NCBI GenBank assembly: GCA_951406725.2
Contig: OX597829.1
Span: 51,088,001 to 51,152,000, forward strand
DNA: 64,000 nucleotides
From: Octopus vulgaris
Lineage: Eukaryota
Direction of reading: 5' to 3'
The position numbers and the translations under genes are program-made. The notes beneath the pieces are model-generated. The model did no database searches, was not told the DNA's origin, and worked only from the letters and a program-made list of their open reading frames with translations. Position 1 is the first letter of the stretch; each line of letters opens with the position of its first letter. This document shows positions 12,441 through 25,718 of the stretch, piece by piece.

Positions 12441-13310
12441 CATATATCTATGGGTGTGTGCACGTATGTATATCAATATACACTTCTTTCTTTCTCTGAT
12501 ATAATAAACACCTCCATCTATTTTTAGAAACTTGACCATTATATCTTATTCTTCCTTTTTGAGGTTTAATACTTACTTTAGTAACCACCACCACCACCCC
12601 ACCCCCTGTACCATTTTCTGTACCCATCCTTCCATCTTAGTGCTTTTCAAACATATCACCCCACCCCCACTCCTCACACATATTCATTCCTTACATTCCT
12701 ATCTCTTCCTATCCCTCTCCTACTCCTCTCCCATCCCCCCTCGTAATATCTTGACCACCAACTAACACCCCTTGTTTTCATTTTTTTTTTCTTTTCTCTT
12801 TCTCTTTCTTTCACCTATTCCTTTTGACCATTTTAACATACACAACTTTTCTCTCTTCTCTATCTACTTAATACTACTACTACTACATTCTCAAAATTTC
12901 ACTCACACTGCAAGACTCCTTTGAATGAACAGTACATGGAATCTATGTCTCCACACTATCCATTTGTAGTGACAAAATATGAACTCCTATTGGAATTTAC
13001 ATACCATGGACAAGAAGTATTTCAACTACTTCTGCTCACCACTTTCCTTGGATAATGGAACTGCAACTGTAGCATCCTGCATATATTTTTATTTTTACTT
13101 TTATTCTCTTATTTCCCTTTATATTTCTTATTTTCACCCTTTTCCAAAATAACTCCTTATACTGAACTCTACTATTTCCCTTTATTTAACCTTCTCACAT
13201 CATCTCTGATGAAGGAATATCCCTAATTTTCCAGAAACAGCTGTAGATTTTCTCTTTATAAATGTCTTGAAAATTCCACACAGCCTTGGCTTTGTAGTCT
13301 CATTTTAACA
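12175..13310 (+). mobile_element. Non-autonomous Penelope-like element with partial terminal direct repeat
   Basis: ATAAATGT..CACAGCCTTGG occurs at ~12176 and ~13258; hammerhead at 13202-13248; 12175-12390 is homologous to 61775-62015 (-). Confidence 0.55.
13202..13248 (+). ncRNA. Type-I hammerhead-like motif, canonical core
   Basis: ATCT-CTGATGA-AGGAA..TTCCA-GAA-ACAGCTGT-AGAT; appears to lack one A at the cleavage site or stem I. Confidence 0.6.
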
Positions 13311-13332
13311 CACACACACACACACACACTAT

Positions 13333-13367
<35 letters not shown>

Positions 13368-15005
13368 CATACTTTAGTTGGGAGAGAAAGAAGTACCCAT
13401 AAACATTTACAGGACCTCTGAGAATAGTGGGAGGGAGGAATGGAAGAGGGAGAAGGTATGTTCAAACCAAGAAACCTGGTCCCCAAATGCTTGCAAATTG
13501 TGGACACCCCTAGAAACACCCAAAGTGCCAGAAAGGCATCTGATTGTAGAAATCATGCCAAAATGTTGTTTGTACAAATGAGATATGGTCCTACAAATGT
13601 GTTATGGAATATATATATATTATTTTCACATCCATTTTTCCATGCTAGCATGAGCCAGATGTGCTACTGAAGTATCGTTTTTACAGATAGGTGCCTTTCC
13701 TGCTGCTAACCCTTACCTGCTTTTCAAGTAAGAGATGTGTGTGTTTGTGTTAATAACAAACGAAAAGTATTCATCACCATAAAGTAATTTAATTTAATTT
13801 GATTGGTTCATATAACTACTGAGAGTTTCTCTTTGCAAAAACAAAACTAAGTGAAGAAGTGCACGTCTTTCAGACGAGGAAATTTCCAGTATAGATTTCA
13901 AGTAATCAAACACACACACACACACACACATTTGCATACATACATACAGATATATAGATATACATATATTTATATAAGTCACCCCTTTCATGTACCATAA
14001 TTGATCCATATGGTCGGTGCCAAACTCTTGTTTTCTTAGCATCAATTAGATCATTGGCAAACTTCCTCTGGTTAAAGATATGTGTCTACCACAAATAATT
14101 TACACAGAAAAGCCTGCTGCCTCTCGTTTCCTCATTGATACATAAAGAAAGAGGTATAATAAGAAATAATACCAATAAAAAATTTCTCTTCCCATATAAG
14201 ATAAATGGAGTAAAATTCCAATAGTATATTTGAACTAGCAGCTTATAAACGTACTGTCCAGCTTTGTATCCACTCATGCCATTCTCTTTCTAAATACATA
14301 ACCCATTCTTCTGAAACACCCTAAAACCTTCTTGATACCAATCTGTCTGATACCACCTCTGGTTCTATGTTCAAACTTCCTGTTTTTTAAAAGGATTTAA
14401 TTAAAAAATTCCCATCAGAATTGCATGTTAATTTATGTTCCAAACACCAGCTTCATAAATACAAAGTTATTCTAAATAATTCATTATTTTCAAAATCAAT
14501 TGAAACTAGCACAGTTTTTCAGTAGAAATATAGTTACAAAAGGGTTAAATTCTTCCATCCAACCTTCATCATCGTTTAATGTCCGTTTTCCATGCTAGCA
14601 TGGGTTGGACGGTTTGACCAGGGTCTGGGAATCCAGGAGGCTGCACCAGGCTCCAGTCTGATCTGGTAGTGTTTCTACAGCTAGATGCCCTGTGAATTTA
14701 TATTCCAAACACCAGTTCATTAAATTCTTCAGTATTCAGAAAATTAATTGAAATAAAGGCTTATTTCAATAGAAATATAATAAATGGATTAATATCCAGA
14801 TTTTTTTACATCATTCCTCTACTGAACTTCAGCAGGTGATCCCTGTCTTATCTCTCCAGGAGGTAAGGCAGTGTCCATTGCCTTTCAAGAAAGGCCTCCA
14901 AGACTGGAGGGAGACAGAGGAAAGATGGCATCCTTAAACTGGAGACCAGGTTTGAAGGCTTGCAACAGAGTGCACTAAAGACATCAATGGTTCCAGGTAG
15001 TGGTT

Positions 15006-15169
15006 TTAACCCTTTAACATTCACATTACTTTGTCAAATGTAATACTTATTTATTCATGTTAGAATGGCATTGTAGGGTAAGTGTAAAAGGCCAGATTTG
15101 GCTGTTTTGAACGTGGAACAAGAAGAATACTTGGGCCAGATATAACCAGTTTAAATGCTGAAGGGTTAA
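15006..15169. mobile_element. piggyBac-like MITE, second family
   Basis: TTAA-CCCTTTAACATT...AATGCTGAAGGG-TTAA; related copies at ~21.5-22.2, 27.7 and 31.3-31.6 kb. Confidence 0.7.
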
Positions 15170-16119
15170 ACTCAGTGATAGATTAAGTCCACCATTCGTG
15201 TAAGCTGTGACTGGATTTGAACACACAACACAGAGAGCCAGGACAAATGCTGCTAAATACTACAAGGCTATTAGCCTAATGTTCTTACAGTTCGGCCTGT
15301 CCTCTGCTTCAAATTAGACACAAGGCCTGTAATTTCAAGAAGACAGTAATTAGTCAATTACATCAACTCACAGTTTGACTTTTAATTTATTTAATCAACC
15401 ATGAAAGGGTGATGATCAAACTTGACCTCAACAAGATTTGACCTTTTTTTTCTCTTTTTTTTTTACTGATGGCCAAACAACTCTGCAAACACACAGCTTT
15501 AAGTAATGGATTCAAATTTTGGCACAAGGTCATCAGTTTGTTTGTTGTTTTTTTTTTTTGTTTTTTTTATAAGGGAAATTAGTTAGTCAGTACCAGTAAT
15601 ACCAGCACTTGACTGGTACTTCATTTTGTCAGCCTTGAAAGAAAGGAAGGCTGAGTTAACCTTCACTAGATTTGAATCCAGAACAAACACCACAAGTTAT
15701 TGTACCTGACAGCCTGATGACTATATCCTTTCACCAACTGTGTGTCATGGCAAATCATTTGAGAACCTCTTCCACAATCTTTTCAGCTGAGATTTTACTG
15801 GTACTTGGTTGCTTAACCCTTTGGTTACCATATACCTGTTGACATACACTGCCTTTCTTTCAACTAATGTCAAAAACAACAAAGGATTTAGTAAAATAAC
15901 TGTTTTTATTAAGCTGGTGTTTGGAACATAAATTAACCCTTTTGTTACCATATTGCTGTATGGGGGAATCTGTACATCCCCATGATTGCCTAAGTGAACT
16001 CTACTAGTTAGTATAAATGAGCATGTGCAGAACAGTCTGGGAAGAGTGTCATATGTGCAGTCATAGTGTATAGGTTGTAGGGACTATTGAATAGAGATAT
16101 CATGGCATGCTTGTTGAAA

Positions 16120-16325
16120 ATACACTGATGTTATCCAAGAGAAAAGCAAAGGCTGATACAGCTTGGAACCTGTGATGTTGCAACTCATTTCTACAGATGA
16201 GTGAACTGGAGCAATGTGGAATAAAGTGTCTTGCTCAAGAACACAACACATAGCCCGGTCTGAGAATCGAACTCACTACCTCATAATTGTGAGCCCCATG
16301 CTCTAACCACTGAGCCATGTGCCTT
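16120..16325 (-). mobile_element. tRNA-derived SINE with V/CORE-like domain (partial)
   Basis: Reverse complement has TGGCTCAGTGG, GTTCGATTC and GTGTTGTGTTCTTGAGCAAGACACTT; family also at 21815-22135, 29850-30095 and 55432-55765. Confidence 0.75.
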
Positions 16326-16775
16326 TTGAGAAGATTAAACAAGTTCCCTTGTTGGCTCATTAACCAAGATTTTGCTATTTCTAGCAAGTAGAGTGATGAC
16401 GGAGCAGCACCACTTGCGATTTTGTCGATCGGGTTACTTAGGAAGCTGCAATATATATAGCATGGCAGGTGGCACCGTATTCAATAGCTGCAAATGTAGA
16501 AGAAAAAAGAAGAAAAAAACAAAAACAAAACAAAGGAAGAAAGAAATGAACTATGGTGAACTTTTACTTAAGCTTCAAGTTAATTAATCAAATTAACAAG
16601 AGATTAGAAATAATCGAGGTGAAATAAGTGCAAGTCATATTGTATGCAATTCATATTTGAGAAAGAAAACTGTGTGTGTGTATCTCAGATACACATTCAT
16701 ATATGTTCTGTGTTCTTATATGACATTAAATACATGCAACATTATATTCATATATATATATATATATATATATAT

Positions 16776-16829
<54 letters not shown>

Positions 16830-16831
<2 letters not shown>

Positions 16832-17145
16832 CATCATCATTTAGCATCCGTTCTCCATGCTAGCATGGGTTGGACGGTTCAACTGGGGTCTGTGAAGCTG
16901 GAAGGCTTCATCAGGCCCAGTCAGATCTGGTAGTGTTTCTACGGCTGGATGCCCTTCCTAACGCCAACCACTCCATGAGTGTAGTGGGTGCTTTTTACGT
17001 GCCATCCGCACAGGTGCCAGACAGAGCTGGCAAACGGCCATGAACGGATGGTGCTTTTACGTGTCACCGGCACGGGGGCCAGGCGAGGCTGGCAACGGAC
17101 ACGAACGGATGGTGCTTTTATGTGCCACCAACACGGGGGCCAATG
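16830..17145 (-). mobile_element. RTE-type retroposon 3' end with ~59-bp internal repeats
   Basis: (CAT)n tail, core GGATGCCCTTCCTAACGCCAACC, repeated GAACGGATGGTGCTTTTA. Confidence 0.8.
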
Positions 17146-17185
17146 TTGCATGTATTTAATATCATCTGAGTAATAATATATGCTC

Positions 17186-17235
<50 letters not shown>

Positions 17236-17382
17236 GGGTGCATCTTTCAGTTTTGGTCTCTCGAATCCTATGGCTATTGTAAAGTACAGTGGTCCAAGGT
17301 TCCACAGAGTAGGATTAAAACTGGAACCATAGTGTATGTGTTTAAACGGTGAAAGATGACTATTCATAAATATAACAATATA

Positions 17383-18392
17383 CAGGGTGTCCCCCAAAAA
17401 TTGACAACATTTCGTAGTCTGATAACAGCCAATTCTCACTCAAATTTTAACAAAATGTGTAAAAGCTTAACCCTTTCGTTACTGTATTTATTTTGAGAAG
17501 CTCTATGTTTCTTTCAATTACTTTAAATATAACAAAGTATTTAGTAAAATAACTTAGTTATCATTCAGCTAGTGTTAGGAACATAAATTGTGACTAAGGT
17601 TTGGTGGAAGATTTTAATTCGAAACTTAGGGAAACAAGACATTTGTACTTCAGGGTGGGAGGCAGTTTCAGCTGGGTTGTTATCTAAAGGATTAAGAATT
17701 GTTTCTCTATAATATATTTTAACCCTTTTGTTACCATATTTCTGCTGAGATGCTCTGCGTTTCTTTCAATTAATTTTAAATATAACAAAGAATTTAGTAA
17801 AATAATTTAGTTATCATTAACCTAGTGTTAAGAACATAAATTGTGACTAAGGTTTGGTGGAAGATTTTAATTCAAAACTTTTGAAAAGAAGACATTTATA
17901 CTAGAGAGCCAGAGCCGGTTTTAGGCAGGTTGGTAACGAAAGGGTTAAGATAGGATAGAGCATGCCAGTGGTAATAAAAATGTGCTGTTGAAATTGCCAC
18001 CACATTCACCTGACTTGACACCTTGTGATATTTTTTTTTTTTTCAATGGGGCAATGTGAAAGGATTGTTCTATATCCCCCATCTTCCTACAAGCCTAGAG
18101 GAACTCAAGCAGAGAATCACTCGAGGTGCTGGAGAATGTTATGCAAGCCATGCTACAGCAAATTTGGCAGAGGCTGGACTACTGACATGATGTGTCACGT
18201 GACATGTTGCGTGCAAGTTTGTGAAATTGGTTATAAAGTCTACATCCCTCTGAATCTCTTGTTTGAATTTTGAAAAATAAGTCTGTTGTTGTTCAACATG
18301 TAGCCTATTTAATTTCATTTGCCTCAGATGTAGTAACTCAGATATTCACATTTTAAATGATGTCAACTTTTTGGTGGGTGCAGGACACCCAG
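17383..18392 (+). mobile_element. Internally deleted Tc1/mariner element carrying a nested MITE dimer
   Basis: TA-CAGGGTGTCC...TTGACAACATT and ATGATGTCAA...GGACACCCAG-TA TIRs; internal SPDLTPCD(FF)..WG-like remnant at ~18007-18060. Confidence 0.75.
17467..17948. mobile_element. piggyBac-like MITE dimer
   Basis: Two ~222-bp CCCTTT...AAAGGG units bounded by TTAA, joined by spacer GAATTGTTTCTCTATAATATATT. Confidence 0.85.
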
Positions 18393-18717
18393 TATATATA
18401 TATATATATATATTTATTTAAGTAGGTGAATGAATTATCCCATGTTTATCGTCAGCATGGAAAATTCGTTTAACCGAAACCTGGGTAGCAAATTCACGTC
18501 AGAAAACACGGTTGAAGCGACCTGTCAAGGGTAGAAACTCCAGGTTCATGTGTAGAAATTTGTGTGTTGTATATGAATAAATGAAAGAATGGAGTCGAAT
18601 GAAGATGTTAACAAAAAAACGGGAAGGTTTACAAAAATAAACAAAAAACGAAGGCAGGTGGAGTACAAACAAACAGTTGTATTAGTATGGTGCGCTCAGG
18701 AGTAGAAATAAAACAAG

Positions 18718-18755
18718 TCTTTTACATTTCGAGCCTACGCTCTTCGACAGAAAGA
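18718..18755 (-). ncRNA. Minimal type-I hammerhead-like motif (U6 variant)
   Basis: Reverse complement TCTTT-CTGTCGA-A-GAGC gtag GCTC-GAAATGT-A-AAAGA; perfect 5-bp stem I. Confidence 0.6.
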
Positions 18756-18809
18756 TATACAGAAAAGAAACAAGGAGAGAAAAAAATGCGCGTAGGGGCT
18801 AACGATCCA

Positions 18810-18844
<35 letters not shown>

Positions 18845-19788
18845 AAATGTTTTATGGTTTTATGTTTATATAAGTTATCCACTTTACTGTGTATAGTAAA
18901 TAATTTCCTCTTATAGTGGTTATGCAACACTGGAGTTTACAAATGGCATTATAAATGTTCTTTAATGGTAATTCAGACCCCAAAAACCATGTATTATAAC
19001 ACATGGTGCTACATGGTGACTTATAATACATGGACTTTTATGGCATGTAGAAAAGGGGTTGGTTTGGAAGGGAAGATATGTGGGGATGCCTACTGTGTAA
19101 AAAAGACTCAATAGCCAAATAGATGCTGGCATACTGTGTATGTTATCTAAGATATTTATTTAAATATATGTAATTCAGTATTGTAATTCAGCTGGCTTTA
19201 CAAATGAGTAGGTTAATTTGCATATTTGGTGCAAGTTTTTTCAACTATTAAAATTTCTCTTTATATATGTGAAAATTAATACTGCAATATCCCAAGAAAT
19301 TTAATTTGATTGAAATTCATTTGATATGTAATGCAGTGGGAAATACAGCTGGCTTTACTAGTGAGCAGGCTAATTTGCATATTTGGTGCAAGTTTGTCGC
19401 TGCTCAAATTTCTTTTATCTTTTATTTTTTTTTCATCTTTTACTTGTTTCAGCCATTAGACTGTGGCCATGCTGGGGCACTGCCTTGAAGAATTTTTAGC
19501 TGAATAAATCAACCTCAGTACTTGTATTGCTTTTAAGCCTGATACTTATTTTATTGGTCTCTATTGCCAAACCACTAAGTAATAGAGATGTAAACACACC
19601 AACACTGGTTGTCAAGCAATGGTGGGGCACTAACACACACACACACACACACACACACACTCATATATATATGATGGGCTTCTTTCAGTTTCTATCTACC
19701 AAATCTACTCACAAGTGTTTGGTTGGCCCGAGGCTATAGTAGAAGACATTTGTCCAAGATTCCATGCAATGTGACTGAACCCAGAGTC

Positions 19789-19819
<31 letters not shown>

Positions 19820-20074
19820 TGACAGGTTTCTTTCAGTTTCTGTTTACAAAATCCATTCACAAGGTTTTGGGTGGCTCAAGGTTATAGTAGAAAGCACTTG
19901 CCGAAGGTACCATACAGTAGTACATGATTGGAAAGTAAGATTTTGACCACACTGCTACATCTGACTCATACAATCGATATTGGTAGAGGTTGGGGTAAGG
20001 TTATCTTTTTGTACTAGTTTCCATTAATTTCTCATTAGAATATATCAATCTATATATATATATATATATAAATG

Positions 20075-20144
20075 GATGAGAAGATTGCACTTACACCGTT
20101 TATTCCTTTGGAATAAAACCAATGTTGTCTTCGAAACATATGTC
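20075..20144 (+). ncRNA. 5'-damaged hammerhead-like motif with long stem II
   Basis: GATGA-GAAGA...TCTTC-GAA-ACATATGT-C; palindromic stem III and GUC site, but C3-U4 and stem I are missing; (TA)n on both sides. Confidence 0.4.
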
Positions 20145-22359
20145 GAAAGTAAAAGAATTTGAATAGCATCTGCGTTCAACTCCATTTATTTACTTATATA
20201 TATATATATATCGTTGTCATCATCATTTAATGTCTGTTGTCTTTGCTGGCATGGGTTGAATGGTTTGACCAGAGCTGGCAAACTGGGGAACTACACCAGA
20301 TCCCAGTTTGATTTGGCATGGACACATTTTCCAAATGCCAACCATTTACAGACTATGCTTGGTGCTTTAACATGATGCCACACGGGCGCTTATATGTGGT
20401 ACAGCCACAATTGCTTTTTATGTGGCACTTTACAGGACAATCCTCACCACCAGGGGGACTGGTCTTAACTATGTAGTACTGTTATTGGTGATTATTTTAC
20501 AGCACCAAACCTAATTAATTAATTATTCCTTGAGTTCCATAATGGTAGATTATGTATATGTGTGTGTGTGCGTGTGCAATTATGGAAATCAAGGAATAAT
20601 TAATTAGGTTTGATGCCATAAAATATTCACCAATAACAGTACTACATAGTATAATAGAAAAACAATAATCCCATCTGATCAATATAGAAGATTGAATCGT
20701 AATTCCAGTGTTTAAGACAACAACTGATAGTGTTGATACATCATTCACTTCTTGTTTTTCCTCCTCTCATCCCCACCGTTTTAAAAGCTATAGTTTTAAT
20801 ACAAAAATCTGCATTTGTACAATTAAAAAGCCAATAAAATGCCAACAAAAAAAAATGTCACTAAACAAAATAACTAAATATAAAAAAGACAAAAGAAAAT
20901 TGTGTCAGATATTATCATGACATCCAATAATAAAAATAATGGAAAAGAATTTTTCTAGGTTCACCGTTTCCTTCTGGATGTATTAAAATCAGCAGACTCT
21001 TTACATTAAATTGCAAATATACAGACTGAATATCTAATAAGCAGCGGCTGACTTTGGATGAAATGTGTCTTTTTCTAGAAGCTCTTGTTCGTTGAGATTG
21101 AGTCACGCAACTCTAAGATTACATCAATAAAATGGATAAGTTTCAACATTTATCCTCTCAGACGCTGGATAAATTACACATATAATGCCTTCGTAATCGC
21201 ACAAAAAAATATATACACGTACACACACTTACTCATTGTTAATTTGTGAAGCCTTAAACTATGGAAGTACTGACAAAGAGAATGGATAGGTTGAAGAATT
21301 TTGCTATACATGTGAAGACCAAATCTTCATTGAAACTACACAGTATTGATAATGCTTTTTTACATTCATTTAAAAAAAACCTTTTGGTACCAATATTTCT
21401 GCTGAAATACACTGCTTTTGTTTCATTTAATTTAAAAAATGATGAAGAATTTCATAAAATAACTTATTAAACTTCTGTGTGGAACATAGATTAACCGATT
21501 AGCATTCAGCTTATTCTGTCAAATGTAATGCTTATTTAATTACATTGTTTTTAATTAATCACACATTATCTTGTACCTATGGGATTTTAATGAGGTAACT
21601 TTTAATTCTTAGAATGACATTATAGGGTAGGTATGAACACTAGCATAGCTAGAGTTAGTGCTACCCAGGGCGGCCCTTTCGTTTGCTGCCCCCGGACCCC
21701 ACAAAAAACACATATTGCCTACATCAATAGCCTACAACAGGATGAAAAGTGTTGCCCGGGGTGGACTGCCCCTACCCCACCAGCAACACCAGTGGGTGTG
21801 AGACTCCCACATCAGTTATGAATGACCATAGGATTGCACCTAGAAAGTTCCCCTCCAAGGCACATGTTTAGGCAAAGTTGTTTATGCAAGACCAGCAGTT
21901 GCCCATACATGCCAGCATCCTCCTCCACACCACTGATGTTATCCAAGGGTAAGGCAAAGGGGCCGATACAGCTTGGCACCAGTGACGTCACATTTCTACA
22001 GCTGAAGTGAACTGGAGCATCATGAAATAAAGTGTCTTGCTCAAGAACACAACACATGGTCCAGTCCAAGAATCGAACTCATTACCCCACTGTTGTGAGC
22101 CAGATACTCTAACCACTGAGCCCTGCCCCTTCCCAGTCTAAGCATAAAACAGGTGGGATATTTTGGTCAGATATGGCCAGTTTAAATGATGAAGGGTTAA
22201 CATGGAATTTGGTGGAAGATTTTAATTTAAATCACTTTTCAAACATGGTCAATTTCAGGTGTGTCGGAATCAAAATAATTAAATTAATAAAAAGTAAAGG
22301 CATCCATAGTAATCAAATGTGTGTTAGATTCCCAGAGAGAAGAAGGTCAGTATTTAAAG

Positions 22360-22641
22360 CAGTGGTTCCCAAAGTGGGGGGTACTGCCCCCACCACACCC
22401 CCTGGGGCAGTGGAAATATCCAGAGGGGCATTGAAGTAAAATGGAATGATAATGGGGTGACCAAAACAGGGCAATGGATTAAAATAAATAAATAAAATAA
22501 AGTGTTAATTAGGCTAAGTTTTATTTGTGAAATACTCTTGCTTTGAGTTTGGTCTGTCTGAGATGGTGAATAGAGGGAGGCAGTAAGAATGTGCCCTTAG
22601 AGCCAAGGGTGTGGCAGCCTGAAAAGGTTTGGGAACCACTG
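22360..22641. mobile_element. hAT (Charlie-like) MITE
   Basis: TIRs CAGTGGTTCCCAAA / TTTGGGAACCACTG; 8-bp TSD ATTTAAAG / ATCTAAAG. Confidence 0.85.
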
Positions 22642-22719
22642 ATCTAAAGCTAATCAAGGAACACTACAAATCTAGGGTCCCTCTAATTAGCATTTTTGAT
22701 ACAAATTTAACAAAACCCT

Positions 22720-23225
22720 TTAACCCTTTTGACACCAGCCTACCTGAAACCACCTCTGGCTCTGTAGTACAAATGTCTTGTTTTTATAAGTTTTGAATTA
22801 AAATCTTCCACCAAACCTTAGTCACTAGGTTAATGATTACTAAGTTATTTTACTAAATTCTTTGTTATATTTAAAATGAATTAAAAGAAACACAGAACAT
22901 CTCAACAGAAATATGGTAACAAAAGGGTCAAAATATATAATAGAGAAACAATTCTTAACCCTTTTGATATCAACCCAGCTGAAACCAGTTCTGGCTCTGT
23001 AATACAAATGTCTTGTTTTCATAAGTTTTGAATTAAAATCTTCCACCAAACCTTAGTCACAATTTATGTTCCTAACACTAGCTTAATGATAACTAAGTTA
23101 TTTTACTAAATTCTTTGTTATATTTAAAATTAATTAAAAGAAACACAGAGCATCTCAAAATAAATATAGGAACAAAAGGGTTAAAATATATAATAGAGAA
23201 ACAATTCTTAACCCTTTCGCTACCA
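22720..23225. mobile_element. piggyBac-like MITE array (two units plus start of a third)
   Basis: Units separated twice by AATATATAATAGAGAAACAATTC; 17-bp direct repeat at both array ends. Confidence 0.85.
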
Positions 23226-23371
23226 TAACAAAACCCTTTAACAAACTCTAAGCCAGTGTTTCCCCTTACATTGGGGTTTGTACAAATTGCCAGTGTTTAG
23301 TAACATTATTGTATTTTCTAGTATACAATTCAACATAGTATATAGTATAAACATTAAAACATTGCCACATA

Positions 23372-23519
23372 GGCGCAGGAGTGGCTGTGTGGTAAGTAAC
23401 TTGCTTACCAACCACTTGGTTCCGGGTTCAATCTTGGGCAAGTGTCTTCTGCTATAGCCCCGGGACGACCAATGCCTTGTGAGTGGATTTGGTAGACGGA
23501 AACTGAAAGAAGCATGTTG

Positions 23520-23568
<49 letters not shown>

Positions 23569-23780
23569 ATACGTTTGTGTGTCTGTTTGTCCCCTTGGCA
23601 TTGCTTGACAACCAATGCTGGTGTGTTTACGTCCCCGTTACTTAGCGGTTCGGCAAAAAAGACTGATACAATAAGTACTGGGCTTACAAAGAATAAGTCC
23701 CGGGGTCGAGTTGCTCCACTAAAGGCAGTGCTCCAGCATGGCCGCAGTCAAATGACTGAAACAAGTAAAAGAGTAAAGAG
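23372..23780 (+). mobile_element. tRNA-derived CORE-like SINE
   Basis: GGCGCAGGAGTGGCTGTGTGG head through ...GACTGAAACAAGTAAAAGAG tail. Confidence 0.85.
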
Positions 23781-24293
23781 TATATGGATGACAATAAAAT
23801 GGGAATGGGAGGGGAAGAAACATTTTTCACAGTTAATTTCAGTGGGGAGTGGTTTAAGAACTCTTCTTGCAACTGTTGCTGCTTACCATTTTCTCAACCA
23901 TAAACACAGACACACTCTCAAACCAACCAGTTTTCAATCTTGTTCTCCACAGAACATCAAATACCCCATCCATCCCGCTGGAACATGAAATTCCATCTTC
24001 CACCCACATTTGTATACCCAGCTTCTTTTTTCTTCCTTTGCATCCACTGAGTTACAGATGTTTTCAAGTGACTATCAGTGTCACCCATCTCATAAGTCAC
24101 CCCCATCTCCCCATGTGAAGTACATGGCCATGGCCACCACTCCTTCCTTCATGACTAACCCTGAAATAAAGTGTTTACCAGTCTATCATTTAAAATACAG
24201 GCAGAAGCATTTCTGCTCTAATTATCATATATTGAATACACACACACACACACATGTATGTGTGTATGTGTATATATATATATATATATATAT

Positions 24294-24690
24294 GCGTAGG
24301 AGTGGCTGTGTGGTAAGTAGCTTGTTTACCAACCACATGTTTCCGGGTTCAGTCCCACTGCGTGGCACCTTGAGGGCAAGTGTCTTCTACTATAGCCTCG
24401 GGCCGACCAAAGCCTTGTGAGTGGATTTGGTAGACGGAAACTGAAAGAAGCCCGTCGTATATATGTATATATATATATGTGCGTGTGTGTGTCTGTGTTT
24501 TACCCCCCAACATCTCTTGACAACCGATGCTGGTGTGTTTACGTCTCCGTAACTTAGCGGCTCAGCAAAAAGTGACCGATAGAATAAGTACAAGGCTTAC
24601 AAAGAATAAGACCTGGGGTTGATTTGCTCGACTAAAAATAAAAGGCGGTGCTCCAGCATGGCCGCAGACTGAAACAAAAAGAATAAAAAA
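24294..24690 (+). mobile_element. tRNA-derived CORE-like SINE
   Basis: Same head, spacer and tail as 5391 and 23372. Confidence 0.85.
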
Positions 24691-25037
24691 ATATGTATAT
24701 ATGTGTGTGTATTTTTTTATATATATATGGAATAATTACTATGAAGCATTGTGTAGGATATACTGTCAATTTTACTGTTTGTATATATATATATATATAT
24801 ATATAAAAACACCATCCGAGCGTGGCCGTTCGCCAGCCTCGTCTGGCACCTGTGTCGGTGGCACATAAAATCACCCACTACACTCTCGGAGTGGTTGGCA
24901 TTAGGAAGGGCATCCAGCTGTAGAAACACTGCCAGATCTGACTGGCCTGGTGCAGCCTTCGGACTCCCCAGACCCCAGTTGAACCGTCCCACCCATGCTA
25001 GCATGGAAAGCGGACGTTATATGATGATGATGATGAG

Positions 25038-25084
<47 letters not shown>

Positions 25085-25718
25085 TCATCATCATTTAGCA
25101 TGTTTTCTGTGCTGGCATGGGTTTTATGTATTTTATGTACAGACACACATTATATATATTATTATGTGGTTAGCTTCTTTTTTTTCTTTCTTTTTTTATT
25201 TAACCAGATATAAACGTAAAAAAAAATTATTTTACCAACCCACTACACTCTTTCTTCCTCAAACTGAATGCCACCATTCCCACATGGACAACGTACTAGC
25301 TCTACAATATGCTAACTAACATGTGGATTATATATTGAGATCTATTATCAGCCGAGGTAATTGTCTCCTGTCATTTGTGATGCCTTAGCATTGTTGATAA
25401 AGGATATTGTAATTTGCTGTTGTCTTGCACCAGGTCAGGTCTGAAACAAGGGAAGGATCTGTGTTAGAAGAATTTCCAGCCATAACTGTCTAATTTTTTC
25501 CAGTCATCCAAATGCATGTGTGTGTGTGTGTGTGTGTACATATCATCATCATTATGACATATAAATGGATATATATATATAGGAGATGTACTCGCATAGC
25601 AAGTGATTTGATCTGAGATCGTGTGCTGGAATGAAAACAATTGCAGTGTGAAAGGTGTTCATAAGCCATTTAAGAAACACACAAAAGCCGTTCGATTCAC
25701 TTCAACATTTAAGTTTAA

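Noticed and set aside
15714-15730. CTGATGA heptamer (also near 10939, 39111 and 62802)
   Set aside because: No stem II, GAAA or stem I partner; chance matches
18420-18545. Structured segment with TTGACAG-GTCGC on the minus strand resembling a hammerhead half
   Set aside because: No matching stem II closure followed by GAAA on the same strand
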